Positions 20,704-29,525 of a stretch of DNA of 64,000 nt are shown one piece after another (position 1 is the first letter of the stretch; every line of letters starts with the position of its first letter). Location of the stretch: positions 127,312 through 191,311 of the forward strand of contig JBOEGF010000011.1 of NCBI GenBank assembly GCA_050633305.1. The letters run 5' to 3'. Under the pieces are notes generated by a model. That model had not been told where the DNA came from. It saw nothing but the letters and a program-made list of their open reading frames with translations, and did no database searches. Source of the stretch: Nannocystales bacterium. Its GTDB lineage: Bacteria > Myxococcota_A > Polyangia > Nannocystales > Nannocystaceae. The position numbers and the translations under genes are program-made.

Positions 20704-21513
20704 GTGATGCTGGCGAGACGTTGGGGAGTTTGCGCGCTGTTGTCCGTCTTGGCGGTTGGGTGTGTTGAAGAGGCACAGCCGCAGCAGCTCATCGATGAGG
20801 AGCAGCCCGGTGAGGGGGTCGCGTTCGACGAGGACAACCCGTACGCGGATGTCGAGGGCAAAGCCGACTCGCCGTTGACCTACGAGGTCCCCACGGACCT
20901 TCCGGAGCTCGAACGCCCCGAGATCATCGTGTCGCTGGAGCGCAAGACCGTACACCTCTTCGATCGGGCCACGGGCTTCTCTGCTGTCTACCCCACCGGA
21001 CCCGGTGCGCTGACCTCTTCCGGTCGCAGCATGACGCCCACCGGCTTCTTCGCCACATGGCGTGATGTCGAGGACTACTGGTACTTCATCCCGCGTCGCT
21101 ACGCGCCGGACTATTTCGGTGGGTTCCCGTTCCTGCGTCTGACCATCGAGAACTCGCGAGGGCAGCACACGTACGGCTTCCACGGCCCGATCTCCTACTC
21201 GTGCCCCGGCGGTGCGAGCAGCTGCGATCTCGAGGACCGGCAGTGGTTCCTCAAGCGAGACTTCGTCTCTCACGGCTGCATGCGGATGGAGTCGGACGAC
21301 ATCGTCGACATGTTCTACTCGATCGTCGACCACCCTTCGGTCCCGGTCACGGTGATCGCAGAGACCGAGCTTGACGCGGCGGGCCAGGTCGTCGACCTCG
21401 ACACCGATGTGAAACTGTGGGATGTCGGCGCTTCGATCGCGTACGGCGAGTGCGGCAGCCGATCCGATCCGTATGAGGTCGACGGTCGCTGGACGAGCAG
21501 CGCCTGCGGCTGA
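20704..21513 (+). CDS. L,D-transpeptidase (YkuD family) lipoprotein
   Basis: Lipobox AVGC, GKAD motif, TPTGFF, YGFHGP and catalytic SHGCMRM. Confidence 0.85.
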   Translation: MMLARRWGVCALLSVLAVGCVEEAQPQQLIDEEQPGEGVAFDEDNPYADVEGKADSPLTYEVPTDLPELERPEIIVSLERKTVHLFDRATGFSAVYPTGPGALTSSGRSMTPTGFFATWRDVEDYWYFIPRRYAPDYFGGFPFLRLTIENSRGQHTYGFHGPISYSCPGGASSCDLEDRQWFLKRDFVSHGCMRMESDDIVDMFYSIVDHPSVPVTVIAETELDAAGQVVDLDTDVKLWDVGASIAYGECGSRSDPYEVDGRWTSSACG

Positions 21514-21553
21514 GCCGGCTCCCCCCGGCGCCGCTGCTCCGCGCGGTGATCCT

Positions 21554-22774
21554 CTAGCCGATGATCATCGTTTCGCCGCGCCCGGTGTAGTTCGGGTCAT
21601 CGAAGCGACCGGGGCTCCAGTGGGTGAGCACCGGGTGGTCTTTGCCGTGCACGAGGTTGCGGGCGACGATCTCCCCGATCACGGGGGCCATCATGAAGCC
21701 ATGGCCCGTGAATCCGCAGATCTGGATCAGGTTGGGGAATGCGGGGGTGCGGCCGAGGATGGCGTCTCCGTCGGGTGAGACGTCGTAGGGCCCGGACCAC
21801 TGCCGCAAGACCTTGAGCGAACGCGCGATCGGCATGGCACGACAAAGCGCGCGGGAGAGTCGGCCCAAGAACAGCATGGAGCTGCCGAGGTTGATCTCGG
21901 TGGGGTCCGCATCTTCGCCTTCGCTGGGCATGCTGACGCCCGCCACGATCTCGCCCCGCGTGCTCTGCGAGAAGTACAGGCCACAGTCCAGGTCGACGAC
22001 AAGGGGGTCGAGGAACGGCTTGAGCGGCTCGCTCGACATGATTTCGTGGCGGTGGGGGTGGTTGGGTAGATGCACACCAAGCGACACGTTGAGCCCCACG
22101 CTCCACGCTCCGGTCGCGTTGATCACCGTGTCGGCTTCGATCGATTCCCCGGTGGAGAGGTGGAGCGTGAACCCATCGCGACCGCCCGGATCGGGTTCGA
22201 TGCGCTCGACCGAGGTGTGGGTGCGAACCACCGCCCCGCGTTTGACTGCCTGCGCTGCGTAGCCCCAGACAAAGGCCCACGGAAACACGACCGCGTCGTC
22301 GGGGTTGTACGTCGCGACCCGAACGTCGGTGACGTCGAGTTGAGGGACGCGGTCTCGGGCGGCTTCGGGGCTGAGTAGGCGGGTGGGCGCGCCCACGTGG
22401 TGGTGGAGCTCGGCGTTGCGTTCGAGCTGGGCTTCGGCCGCAGGCGTGCGGGCGAGAAAGAGGTAGCCGCCTTGGCGGAACCAGGTGTTGATGCCGAGCT
22501 CTTGGGCGAGGCCGCGACAGATGTCGATGCTACGCATCATCAGCTCGACGTTTTGCCGGTCCGCCCACTGCATGCGCACGCCGCCGCCGTTGCGGCCCGA
22601 CGCGCCGCTGACGAGGTAGCTCCGCTCGATCACGACCACCTTCAGACGCCCCTTGGATTGGCGCATCAGTTGGTACGCGGTCGAGAGACCCATGACCCCA
22701 CCGCCGACGATCACGATGTCGGCGCGCTGCGGAAGCACGGCGTCGGCCGCCCCCATCTCGTAGGTTGGGCTCAC
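21554..22774 (-). CDS. FAD-dependent oxidoreductase, DAO family (sarcosine oxidase beta / L-proline dehydrogenase beta-like)
   Basis: IVIVGGGVMG, GASGRNGGGVR, RQWSGPYDVSPDG, GFTGHGFMMAP; the GTG start overlaps the upstream stop. Confidence 0.85.
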   Translation of the reverse strand: MSPTYEMGAADAVLPQRADIVIVGGGVMGLSTAYQLMRQSKGRLKVVVIERSYLVSGASGRNGGGVRMQWADRQNVELMMRSIDICRGLAQELGINTWFRQGGYLFLARTPAAEAQLERNAELHHHVGAPTRLLSPEAARDRVPQLDVTDVRVATYNPDDAVVFPWAFVWGYAAQAVKRGAVVRTHTSVERIEPDPGGRDGFTLHLSTGESIEADTVINATGAWSVGLNVSLGVHLPNHPHRHEIMSSEPLKPFLDPLVVDLDCGLYFSQSTRGEIVAGVSMPSEGEDADPTEINLGSSMLFLGRLSRALCRAMPIARSLKVLRQWSGPYDVSPDGDAILGRTPAFPNLIQICGFTGHGFMMAPVIGEIVARNLVHGKDHPVLTHWSPGRFDDPNYTGRGETMIIG

Positions 22775-23067
22775 GGTGTCTCCCCGCTCTCGCTCGAGGC
22801 TTCCGGTACGGCAGCCAGGGCTCCAAAGGTCACGGCCTCGGCGGGAGGACGCGCGGTGAATGGTCGCACGGTGTCGGCTTGCGCAAGCCCGCGAGAGACG
22901 AGCAGGCTGACGAGGGTGCACATGCACTCCTTGCCCTGGCATGGCCCCGTGCCCAGCCCCGTGTAGCGTTTGATCTCCTCGACGGTGGACAGCCCGCGGT
23001 CGAGGGCGTCCTCGATCTCGTGGGTCGTGACGTCTTCACATCGGCACACGAATACGCGGTGACTCAT
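22771..23067 (-). CDS. BFD-like [2Fe-2S]-binding protein
   Basis: VCRCEDVT...EEIKRYTGLGTGPCQGKEC...FTARPP; ATG 23067 overlaps the upstream stop. Confidence 0.88.
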   Translation of the reverse strand: MSHRVFVCRCEDVTTHEIEDALDRGLSTVEEIKRYTGLGTGPCQGKECMCTLVSLLVSRGLAQADTVRPFTARPPAEAVTFGALAAVPEASSESGETP

Positions 23068-24284
23068 TGCCCGGCTCCTTCTCGATGACACAGCGCTTGT
23101 GCGACGACCTGTCCGTCGTGCGCGGATCGGCCTGCCGCAACGCCTGCGACCTCGCCGGCGGCCCAGAGCGTCCACGGCTTTCCTCCTGGGATGCGGCCTC
23201 CGGGGTGTTCGCGCTGCACCTCGAATCCTGCGCCGTTCCAGCGCACCTCGGCACCGGCCTGCCGCGCAAGTTCGCTGGCCGGCGCAGGTCGTGGCGCGAG
23301 GACGACCAAAGATGTGTCGATGCGGGTGCCGTTGGTGAGCCGGACGTGTTCGACCGCGTCTGAGCCCTCGATGCGTTCGACAGTCTCGGGGAGGACATGG
23401 CGGGCGCGGAGTCCTTGGGCAACACGAGCGCCGGGATCGTCGGGGCCGATGACGACCACATCGCTCGGCACAGTGAAGTGTTGCCGCGAGATCGCGGCTA
23501 CCAACCCGCGTGCGGACACGACGCCCGGAGTGTCATTGCCGTCGATGAGAAGCATGGGGTCCCGAGCGCCTGTGGCGATGACCAGGTGCCGAGGGCGGAG
23601 TGTCACGATGCGGTCGGTCGCGCGCGGCTCGACCGCGGCAGCACAGATCAAGCCTTCGTCGGGGTAGATGCCGAACACCCCCGCTTCGAGGTCGTCGATA
23701 TGCGTCGCGCCTCCGGGCATGCGCTCGAGCGTGATGCAGCGAAGCCCGTGGCGCCGAATCTCCTGGCTGGCGGCGCGTCCGGTTTGACCGCGGCCGATGA
23801 CGACGACGTCCGGCTCTTCGTGCCGGAACACGGCGCCGCGGTCGTCCACGCGGTCGGGCAGGGTCCCCAGACCGGCAAGGTTGCGCGCGACCTCCTTCAT
23901 GATCTCATTGAGGGCTCGCGGCCTCACCATGAGGTGGTGGTGGTCCATGCCCTTGGCAAAGAACTTGTCGGCGAGAGCGGAAGGGTCGGGGCCTCGTCCG
24001 ACCAGGCGGTTTTGCGAGACGACCTTCTGTCCATCGTGGACAGGTGTGAGGCAAATGCGAATGTTGGGCTCTCCGTCGACACGAGCCAAACAGGTGCCGC
24101 AGTCCCCGCTGAGACAATACGGGCCGCGGTGTCGCCTGAACTTGAGGCTTCGGGTGGTGGCGAGTTCCCCCGCGGCGAGGAGAGCCTCGGCGACGCTTTC
24201 TCCGGGGGCGCAGGGGAGCGAGCGGCCGTCGTAGTCGAGGGTCCACGGAGGATCGCCGTGCCGCTGGAGAATGCCTGATGCCAC
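23064..24284 (-). CDS. [2Fe-2S]/FAD-NAD oxidoreductase, sarcosine oxidase alpha / proline dehydrogenase alpha-like
   Basis: GESVAEALLAAG...RSLKFRRHRGPYCLSGDCGTCLARVDGEPNIRIC; VVVIGRGQTG; VIATGARD...GNDTPGVVSA. Confidence 0.82.
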   Translation of the reverse strand: MASGILQRHGDPPWTLDYDGRSLPCAPGESVAEALLAAGELATTRSLKFRRHRGPYCLSGDCGTCLARVDGEPNIRICLTPVHDGQKVVSQNRLVGRGPDPSALADKFFAKGMDHHHLMVRPRALNEIMKEVARNLAGLGTLPDRVDDRGAVFRHEEPDVVVIGRGQTGRAASQEIRRHGLRCITLERMPGGATHIDDLEAGVFGIYPDEGLICAAAVEPRATDRIVTLRPRHLVIATGARDPMLLIDGNDTPGVVSARGLVAAISRQHFTVPSDVVVIGPDDPGARVAQGLRARHVLPETVERIEGSDAVEHVRLTNGTRIDTSLVVLAPRPAPASELARQAGAEVRWNGAGFEVQREHPGGRIPGGKPWTLWAAGEVAGVAAGRSAHDGQVVAQALCHREGAGQ

Positions 24285-24303
24285 GTCTCCTACGTAGCGC
24301 TAC

Positions 24304-24996
24304 TCAGGCCTGAGCCACAACCCCACGGGGCCCGAAGATGGCCGTGCCCACGCGGACGAGGGTGGCGCCCTCCTCGATGGCGACACGAAAGTCTGCCGAC
24401 ATGCCCATGGACAGTGCACGCAGTTGCACACCCGGGCGGGCGGTCTTGGCATGCTGGTCCCGAAGCGCACGCAGGGCCGCAAAGTGAGAGCGCGTGGCTT
24501 CGGGAGTCCCTTGGGGCGGAATCAGCATGAGTCCGCGGCATCGCACATGGTCGAAATCGGCGAACCGATCGAGCAGGTCGGGGAGGGCTTGGGGGGTGAT
24601 GCCGGCCTTTTGCGCTTCGTCGGCGACGTTGACTTGGACGAGGACATTCTGCGCGACGCCGCGGGCTTCGAGTTTCTCGAGCACCTTGGGCCGGTCCGCG
24701 GTGTGGATCAGGTGCGACCCTGCGACGAGCTTGACCTTGTTGGATTGCAAGGGTCCGATGAAGTGCCAACGGGGCGCTGGGGCGTCCCGCACGGCGTCGG
24801 CCTTTTCGTGCAACTCTTGGGCGTAGTTCTCGCCGAAGTCGAGCAGTCCCGCGGCCCGGGCCTCGACAATGGAGGACAAGGGCTGACGCTTGCTGACGCC
24901 GATCAGGGTGACCGCTTGGCCCTCCCCGCTGCGCGCCGCGGCATCGGACACGGCCTGTTGGATGTGGGCGAGCCGTTGGGCGATGCTCTGCATCAT
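24304..24996 (-). CDS. yggS: YggS/PLPBP pyridoxal phosphate homeostasis protein
   Basis: LIGVSKRQ, FGENYAQEL, WHFIGPLQSNKVK, LSMGMSADF, ATLVRVGTAIFG. Confidence 0.95.
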   Translation of the reverse strand: MMQSIAQRLAHIQQAVSDAAARSGEGQAVTLIGVSKRQPLSSIVEARAAGLLDFGENYAQELHEKADAVRDAPAPRWHFIGPLQSNKVKLVAGSHLIHTADRPKVLEKLEARGVAQNVLVQVNVADEAQKAGITPQALPDLLDRFADFDHVRCRGLMLIPPQGTPEATRSHFAALRALRDQHAKTARPGVQLRALSMGMSADFRVAIEEGATLVRVGTAIFGPRGVVAQA

Positions 24997-25583
24997 CGCG
25001 CGCGTTCCTGCAGTCGCGTCAGCACTTGTGCCACGGGGAGACCAACGACGTTCGTGTACGAGCCTTCGAGGCGGGTGACCCAACCGGCGGCTTCGGCTTG
25101 GATGCCGTACCCGCCGGCCTTGTCCCGCCAGGCATCTGTGCCGACGTAGGCATCGAGCTCGGAGGCGGTGAGCGCTCGAAACCAGACCCGGGTGGTCTCG
25201 GCGTGGACTTCGAAGTCACGGGGTCCTGTTGCCAATCCCCAGGCGGTCGTGACTTGGTGCCCGTTCGGACCGGCGATCGACCGCAACATCTCCAAGCACG
25301 CCTGCGGGTCGGTCGGCTTGCCCAGCGGCGCACAGGTCTCCTCCTCCCACACGACCGTGTCGGCGGCCAACAGCGGATGACCGCCCGTGTCTTCGAGTTG
25401 TTCAAGCGCGGCCTTGAGCTTCGCCTCGGCGATGCGTCGTGCGTAGGGGAGTGCGGCTTCGCCGAGCATGGGAGCCTCGTCGCACGCTACGGGTCGCACC
25501 TGCACGGACACGCCTGCATCCCGCAGCAGCGCGGCACGGCGCGGGGAAGCCGATGCGAGTACGATCGAGGGCAGGGCGGGCAC
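24993..25583 (-). CDS. maf: Maf family nucleoside triphosphate pyrophosphatase
   Basis: IVLASASPRR, LAADTVV, LGKP, DKAGGYGIQ, GSYTNVVGLP; GTG 25583. Confidence 0.92.
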   Translation of the reverse strand: MPALPSIVLASASPRRAALLRDAGVSVQVRPVACDEAPMLGEAALPYARRIAEAKLKAALEQLEDTGGHPLLAADTVVWEEETCAPLGKPTDPQACLEMLRSIAGPNGHQVTTAWGLATGPRDFEVHAETTRVWFRALTASELDAYVGTDAWRDKAGGYGIQAEAAGWVTRLEGSYTNVVGLPVAQVLTRLQERAR

Positions 25584-25661
25584 GGCGGCATGGTCACAGC
25601 AACCGAACGCACGGGCAAGCGGGCCTCGAGGCCTGGGCGAGGTAGAATCCAACTCGTGAAG

Positions 25662-26558
25662 ATGTCCTCCGTGCGTCCGAGCGTCGTGGCGGCCTACGCC
25701 GCCGTCACCGCCTCCATTCCTCTGATGGTGGTGTCGGTCTCCTTGTTGCAGCCGATCGAGCGGGTTGAGCCCGTCGACGTGGAGGCGGTGGGTGGTGCGC
25801 ACGGCGCTGGCCCTTCCGATGCCGAAGCCGTCCGCGCCTTGGCGGGCATGTGGTGGTGGAAAGCGCTCCCCGGACTCGACGGATCAGACGTCGGCTTCTA
25901 CTACTTCCACGGCGACGGCAAGGGTCTGTATCGCTACGGCAAGGTCGGTGCCGTGAACACGCACAGTTTCGACTACGACGTCGTCGGGGACACGCTCGTG
26001 CTCGAGTTTCGCAAAAGCGGTGTTCGCCACGAGTTGCCCTTTGCGGTGGAATCCGAGGGAGCCATCGACTGGCTGACGTTGGACTACGATCCGGAGACTC
26101 AGACCAAGGGGGCGCGCTATTTTCGGGACCAGCCCGGGCCGATCGAGCCGCATGTCGAGGCGACGCCCGAGCCCGGGCAACCACCCGCAGGACACATGTG
26201 GATCGACCTCGAGCGATATGCAACGGGCGGCATCGGGTTCCACATGTATCAGTTCAGACCGGCGGGCATGGACGGCCGCGGGGTGGGCTGGTTCCATCGC
26301 GGAGACTTCGACGACTGGACCACCGAGGCGTTCACCTTCCGGATCGCGGGGGAGAAGATGTCGATGCACTTCACCTTGGCCGACCGGACCGAGGTGACGG
26401 ACTTTTCGGTGGACACCGGAGAGCCCCGAACCTTGAGGTTCGAGGCTGATCCCCGTGACTTCTGGCATCCCCACGCCTATCTCGACATGGGGGCTTCGTT
26501 CGGCGTCGTGCCGGAGGCTGCCTGGGCCATGGGTGTGCCCTACAACCGGACCGAGTAG
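25662..26558 (+). CDS. Hypothetical membrane-anchored protein with two similar beta-rich domains
   Basis: ATG 25662, N-terminal hydrophobic segment, strong GC3 codon bias, aromatic-rich beta-strand pattern. Confidence 0.7.
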   Translation: MSSVRPSVVAAYAAVTASIPLMVVSVSLLQPIERVEPVDVEAVGGAHGAGPSDAEAVRALAGMWWWKALPGLDGSDVGFYYFHGDGKGLYRYGKVGAVNTHSFDYDVVGDTLVLEFRKSGVRHELPFAVESEGAIDWLTLDYDPETQTKGARYFRDQPGPIEPHVEATPEPGQPPAGHMWIDLERYATGGIGFHMYQFRPAGMDGRGVGWFHRGDFDDWTTEAFTFRIAGEKMSMHFTLADRTEVTDFSVDTGEPRTLRFEADPRDFWHPHAYLDMGASFGVVPEAAWAMGVPYNRTE

Positions 26559-27571
26559 ACCACGCCCATCGCGGGCGACCCAAAGGCGTCGAAGCTTGCG
26601 GTGCTGAGCGCGGCGGCGACACAGCGGCCCAAACTGTTGGCGTGCGGCGCCTGTGGGACGGCTGAGCGCACCTTGCCGGAGCCTGCGATGGAGAGCTTGA
26701 CCTTGACGGTTGTCCCCGCTGCCGCGGCGTGCATGTCCCGACACTGCTTGGCCTCGGACTTGGGGCCCGTCAGCGCCTTGCGGATCTGCGAGGACGAGAG
26801 CTTCGTGGGCAACGAGACCGTCGGCGTGCTGGGCTTGGCCTTGGGTTTGGCTGCGCCGCGTCCACACGAGGCGGGGTCGACGATGCACTGGACGCTCAGG
26901 GCGTCCTGGCTTTGGGTCTTGGACTCGGGCTTGGCTACGGACTTCGGGGCTGCGGCGGGTTTGCTCGCTTTCGTCTTCGCTTTGTTCGCCGCTGCTCGCT
27001 TGGTCTTGGTCCGCTTTGACTTGCTGCGGGCCTTGGGGGCGGGCTTCGCCACCGGCTCAGGCTCAGGCTCAGCCGTCGGCATCGCAGCCGCAGCCGTATC
27101 CGCTTCGGCGACGTGGGGGATCAACGCACCGTGGGCGTGCAGCCCGTGTGCGACCTGGTCGTCGTCATGGTCGAGGACGGCGGCGGCCATGGTGGGGCGA
27201 GGCGCTGGGTCCTGGGTGGCTTGGGTTCCGTGCGGCATGCCCAGGGCGACCATGGTGGTCAGCGCGACGACGGCACCGCCGAGCAAACCGAGGGTTGCGA
27301 CCGCCCAACGCGGCGTCGAAGGCGGCGGAGGCGGCATCGGGTCGGGGCCCGAGACCAGTCGCGACGTCGTCAGATCGTCGGCCACACTCCTGGGCCCGGC
27401 GAGGCGCAACTCGTCCAGATCGATCACGCCGGAGCTGTCGGCTGCCTGCGCAACGGCGGGGGCGCGGGTGGCCTCGAGGGCACGCAGCGAGTCCAACGAG
27501 AATGCGTGGGAGTCTTCGCGAGTCGAGGGCGTACGGGGACGGGGAGGGGTGACGTCGTGCTTGGTGATCAT
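26540..27571 (-). CDS. Single-pass membrane protein with Pro/Lys-rich linker and TonB-C/AgmX-PglI-like C-terminal domain
   Basis: SGVIDL motif, TM helix, K/A/P linker, C-terminal LSSSQIRK...QC...VKVKLSIAGSGKVRSA...LGRCVAAAL...F. Confidence 0.7.
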   Translation of the reverse strand: MITKHDVTPPRPRTPSTREDSHAFSLDSLRALEATRAPAVAQAADSSGVIDLDELRLAGPRSVADDLTTSRLVSGPDPMPPPPPSTPRWAVATLGLLGGAVVALTTMVALGMPHGTQATQDPAPRPTMAAAVLDHDDDQVAHGLHAHGALIPHVAEADTAAAAMPTAEPEPEPVAKPAPKARSKSKRTKTKRAAANKAKTKASKPAAAPKSVAKPESKTQSQDALSVQCIVDPASCGRGAAKPKAKPSTPTVSLPTKLSSSQIRKALTGPKSEAKQCRDMHAAAAGTTVKVKLSIAGSGKVRSAVPQAPHANSLGRCVAAALSTASFDAFGSPAMGVVYSVRL

Positions 27572-27808
27572 CGGACTTCGGCTTCCTGCGCGGCGTCACG
27601 TGGCCTCGTCCGTCGAGGGTCTGCAAGGACGTCGCGCTGTAGATTCGACGGCCTCGGCGTCAGAGTATTGGCGATATGTACGGAATGTTTACGGTTTTAC
27701 GGGGTTCCCCTCAGGGCTCCACCGCGTGCTCGAAGGGGTTGACCCCCTCTGCGGGTGGATCCACCCGAGGCAGGCTGCCCCGTGGGGCCCCGGTGCTACC
27801 ATCGCTGC

Positions 27809-29521
27809 ATGCGCTTGAACCGTCCGGCGCGGCGCGCCGATGCCGGGACCTTGCCCTCGAAGTGGATCTCGCGGCGCGCCTTCATTGCCCTTCTGAGTGT
27901 GCCGGGAGTGATGGCCTGCAGTGTGGACCCCTCGGCGACGAGTCCGCTCTCCTTCACGGCTCACTGCGGCGACGAGCAGGGCGATCAGACCTGCGCCGCG
28001 TTGGGCGTCGGCAAACCGTTCTGCGACTTGTGTCGCCCTGCATCGGCGGATCAAGGCTGTGCTGTGGCGCCCCCCACGGTGCCGGCGTGCAGCGTCGGTG
28101 GCGGGCTCGCGACGACCACGTTCACGACGGACGGCAGCGGGTCAACCGGGGAGGGCTCAACCACGCTGGACACGCTCGAGACCCTCGGGACCTCGGAAAG
28201 CACCGACGCGGTCGACGACAGCGGCACGACAGCGGCCACCACGGGCGGTCCCATGTTGCCGTGCGACACGCCCGACGGCACGTTCGACACCGACTGCTCC
28301 CGTGCCGACAGCACGCGGCCGTACTGTTCCGCGCAGACCTGCGTGTCGTGCGTCACCGCGGGCGGGGCCGACTTTTGTGGCGGCGGCGATCCGCTAGCCC
28401 CGGCGTGCAACGAGGCCACGGGCCAGTGTGGCGCGTGTGGAGATGTCGAGACGTTCGTGTGCGGTCAGGAACTCCCGATCTGCAACCCCACGGGAGCTTG
28501 TGTGCCCTGCGTGGCCCACGACGAGTGCACCACTGGCGCCTGCCACCTCGACCCGGCCGACGCGTTGGCGGGAGAGTGTTTCCTCGAGGACGAGCTCATC
28601 CACGTGGATGCCAACGCGGTCTGCCCTGGAGATGGATCCGAAGCGACGCCCAACTGTTCGCTCGCGGACGCACTCGCCTCTTTGGTCGAGGATGACACCC
28701 GGGTCCTGCGGGTTGCGCCGGGTGTGTACGACGAGGGGGCGAGCTTGCTGGTGGATGCCACGATCGCGATCGTGGGCGACGGCGGGGTTCCGTCGCTCGA
28801 AGGCGATGGAGCCGGGGCTGCAGGGTTCACCGTGATGGACGGGCGTGTCTACACGGTGGGTATTCGGGTCTCCAACAACGTCGCCGGCGAGGGGATCCTC
28901 TGCAGTGATGCCGCCTTGTGGATGCAGGGGTCCGAGGTCGGCGACAACGCAGACTACGGAATCTTCACCACCGGTCCGTGCGAGATGCGGCTGGACGGGT
29001 CCTCGGTCTTCAACAATGTTGGCGGTGGTGTCCGGGTACTGGGCGGGACGCTCACACTCGACAACGCCGCGATCGGAAGCAACGGCGATGGGACCCGCGG
29101 CCCAGGGGTCAACGCGCAGTTCGCCACGGTCGACATCCTGTACTCGACGCTGGCCGGGAACGATGGCTCGGGGCCGGACAGCCTGCAGTGCTTCGAGACC
29201 GAAGGGGTGGTCCGCAACTCGATCCTGGTGGGGGCTTCGGGATCCTCGGCGGCGCTGGACTGTTTCCCGCTTCAGTTTACGACCAACGCAATCGACACGG
29301 CAGGATTCGCTGGCGACGGTGGTGTGCATGTCGACGAGTCGTACAACCCGTTGTGGTTCAACGACGCGGACGACGGCGACTTTCGTCTGGGCGCGCCTCC
29401 GTTGACCCCGTTCGGCGGCATCGCGTTGTGGCTCGAAGGCGACCCACCCCTGGATGCTGACGGAACGGAGCGTCCGCTGGATGGAGCGTTCGGATACGCG
29501 GGCGCCGACGAGCCGGACTGA
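27809..29521 (+). CDS. Secreted/lipoprotein with Cys-rich repeats and right-handed beta-helix domain
   Basis: Lipobox-like VMAC, Thr/Ser linker, repeated Cys modules, IHVDANA...CSLADAL...VAPGVY, parallel beta-helix repeats (NNVGGG, GNDG), DFRLG...DADG...GADE ending. Confidence 0.75.
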   Translation: MRLNRPARRADAGTLPSKWISRRAFIALLSVPGVMACSVDPSATSPLSFTAHCGDEQGDQTCAALGVGKPFCDLCRPASADQGCAVAPPTVPACSVGGGLATTTFTTDGSGSTGEGSTTLDTLETLGTSESTDAVDDSGTTAATTGGPMLPCDTPDGTFDTDCSRADSTRPYCSAQTCVSCVTAGGADFCGGGDPLAPACNEATGQCGACGDVETFVCGQELPICNPTGACVPCVAHDECTTGACHLDPADALAGECFLEDELIHVDANAVCPGDGSEATPNCSLADALASLVEDDTRVLRVAPGVYDEGASLLVDATIAIVGDGGVPSLEGDGAGAAGFTVMDGRVYTVGIRVSNNVAGEGILCSDAALWMQGSEVGDNADYGIFTTGPCEMRLDGSSVFNNVGGGVRVLGGTLTLDNAAIGSNGDGTRGPGVNAQFATVDILYSTLAGNDGSGPDSLQCFETEGVVRNSILVGASGSSAALDCFPLQFTTNAIDTAGFAGDGGVHVDESYNPLWFNDADDGDFRLGAPPLTPFGGIALWLEGDPPLDADGTERPLDGAFGYAGADEPD

Positions 29522-29525
29522 GCTG

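Noticed and set aside
21554..24284. Calling the oxidase trio soxBDA or hcnABC
   Set aside because: Subunit organisation matches neither exactly; substrate cannot be read from sequence.
27054..27071. (GGCTCA)x3 tandem repeat
   Set aside because: Simply encodes an EPEPEP linker; not a contingency locus.
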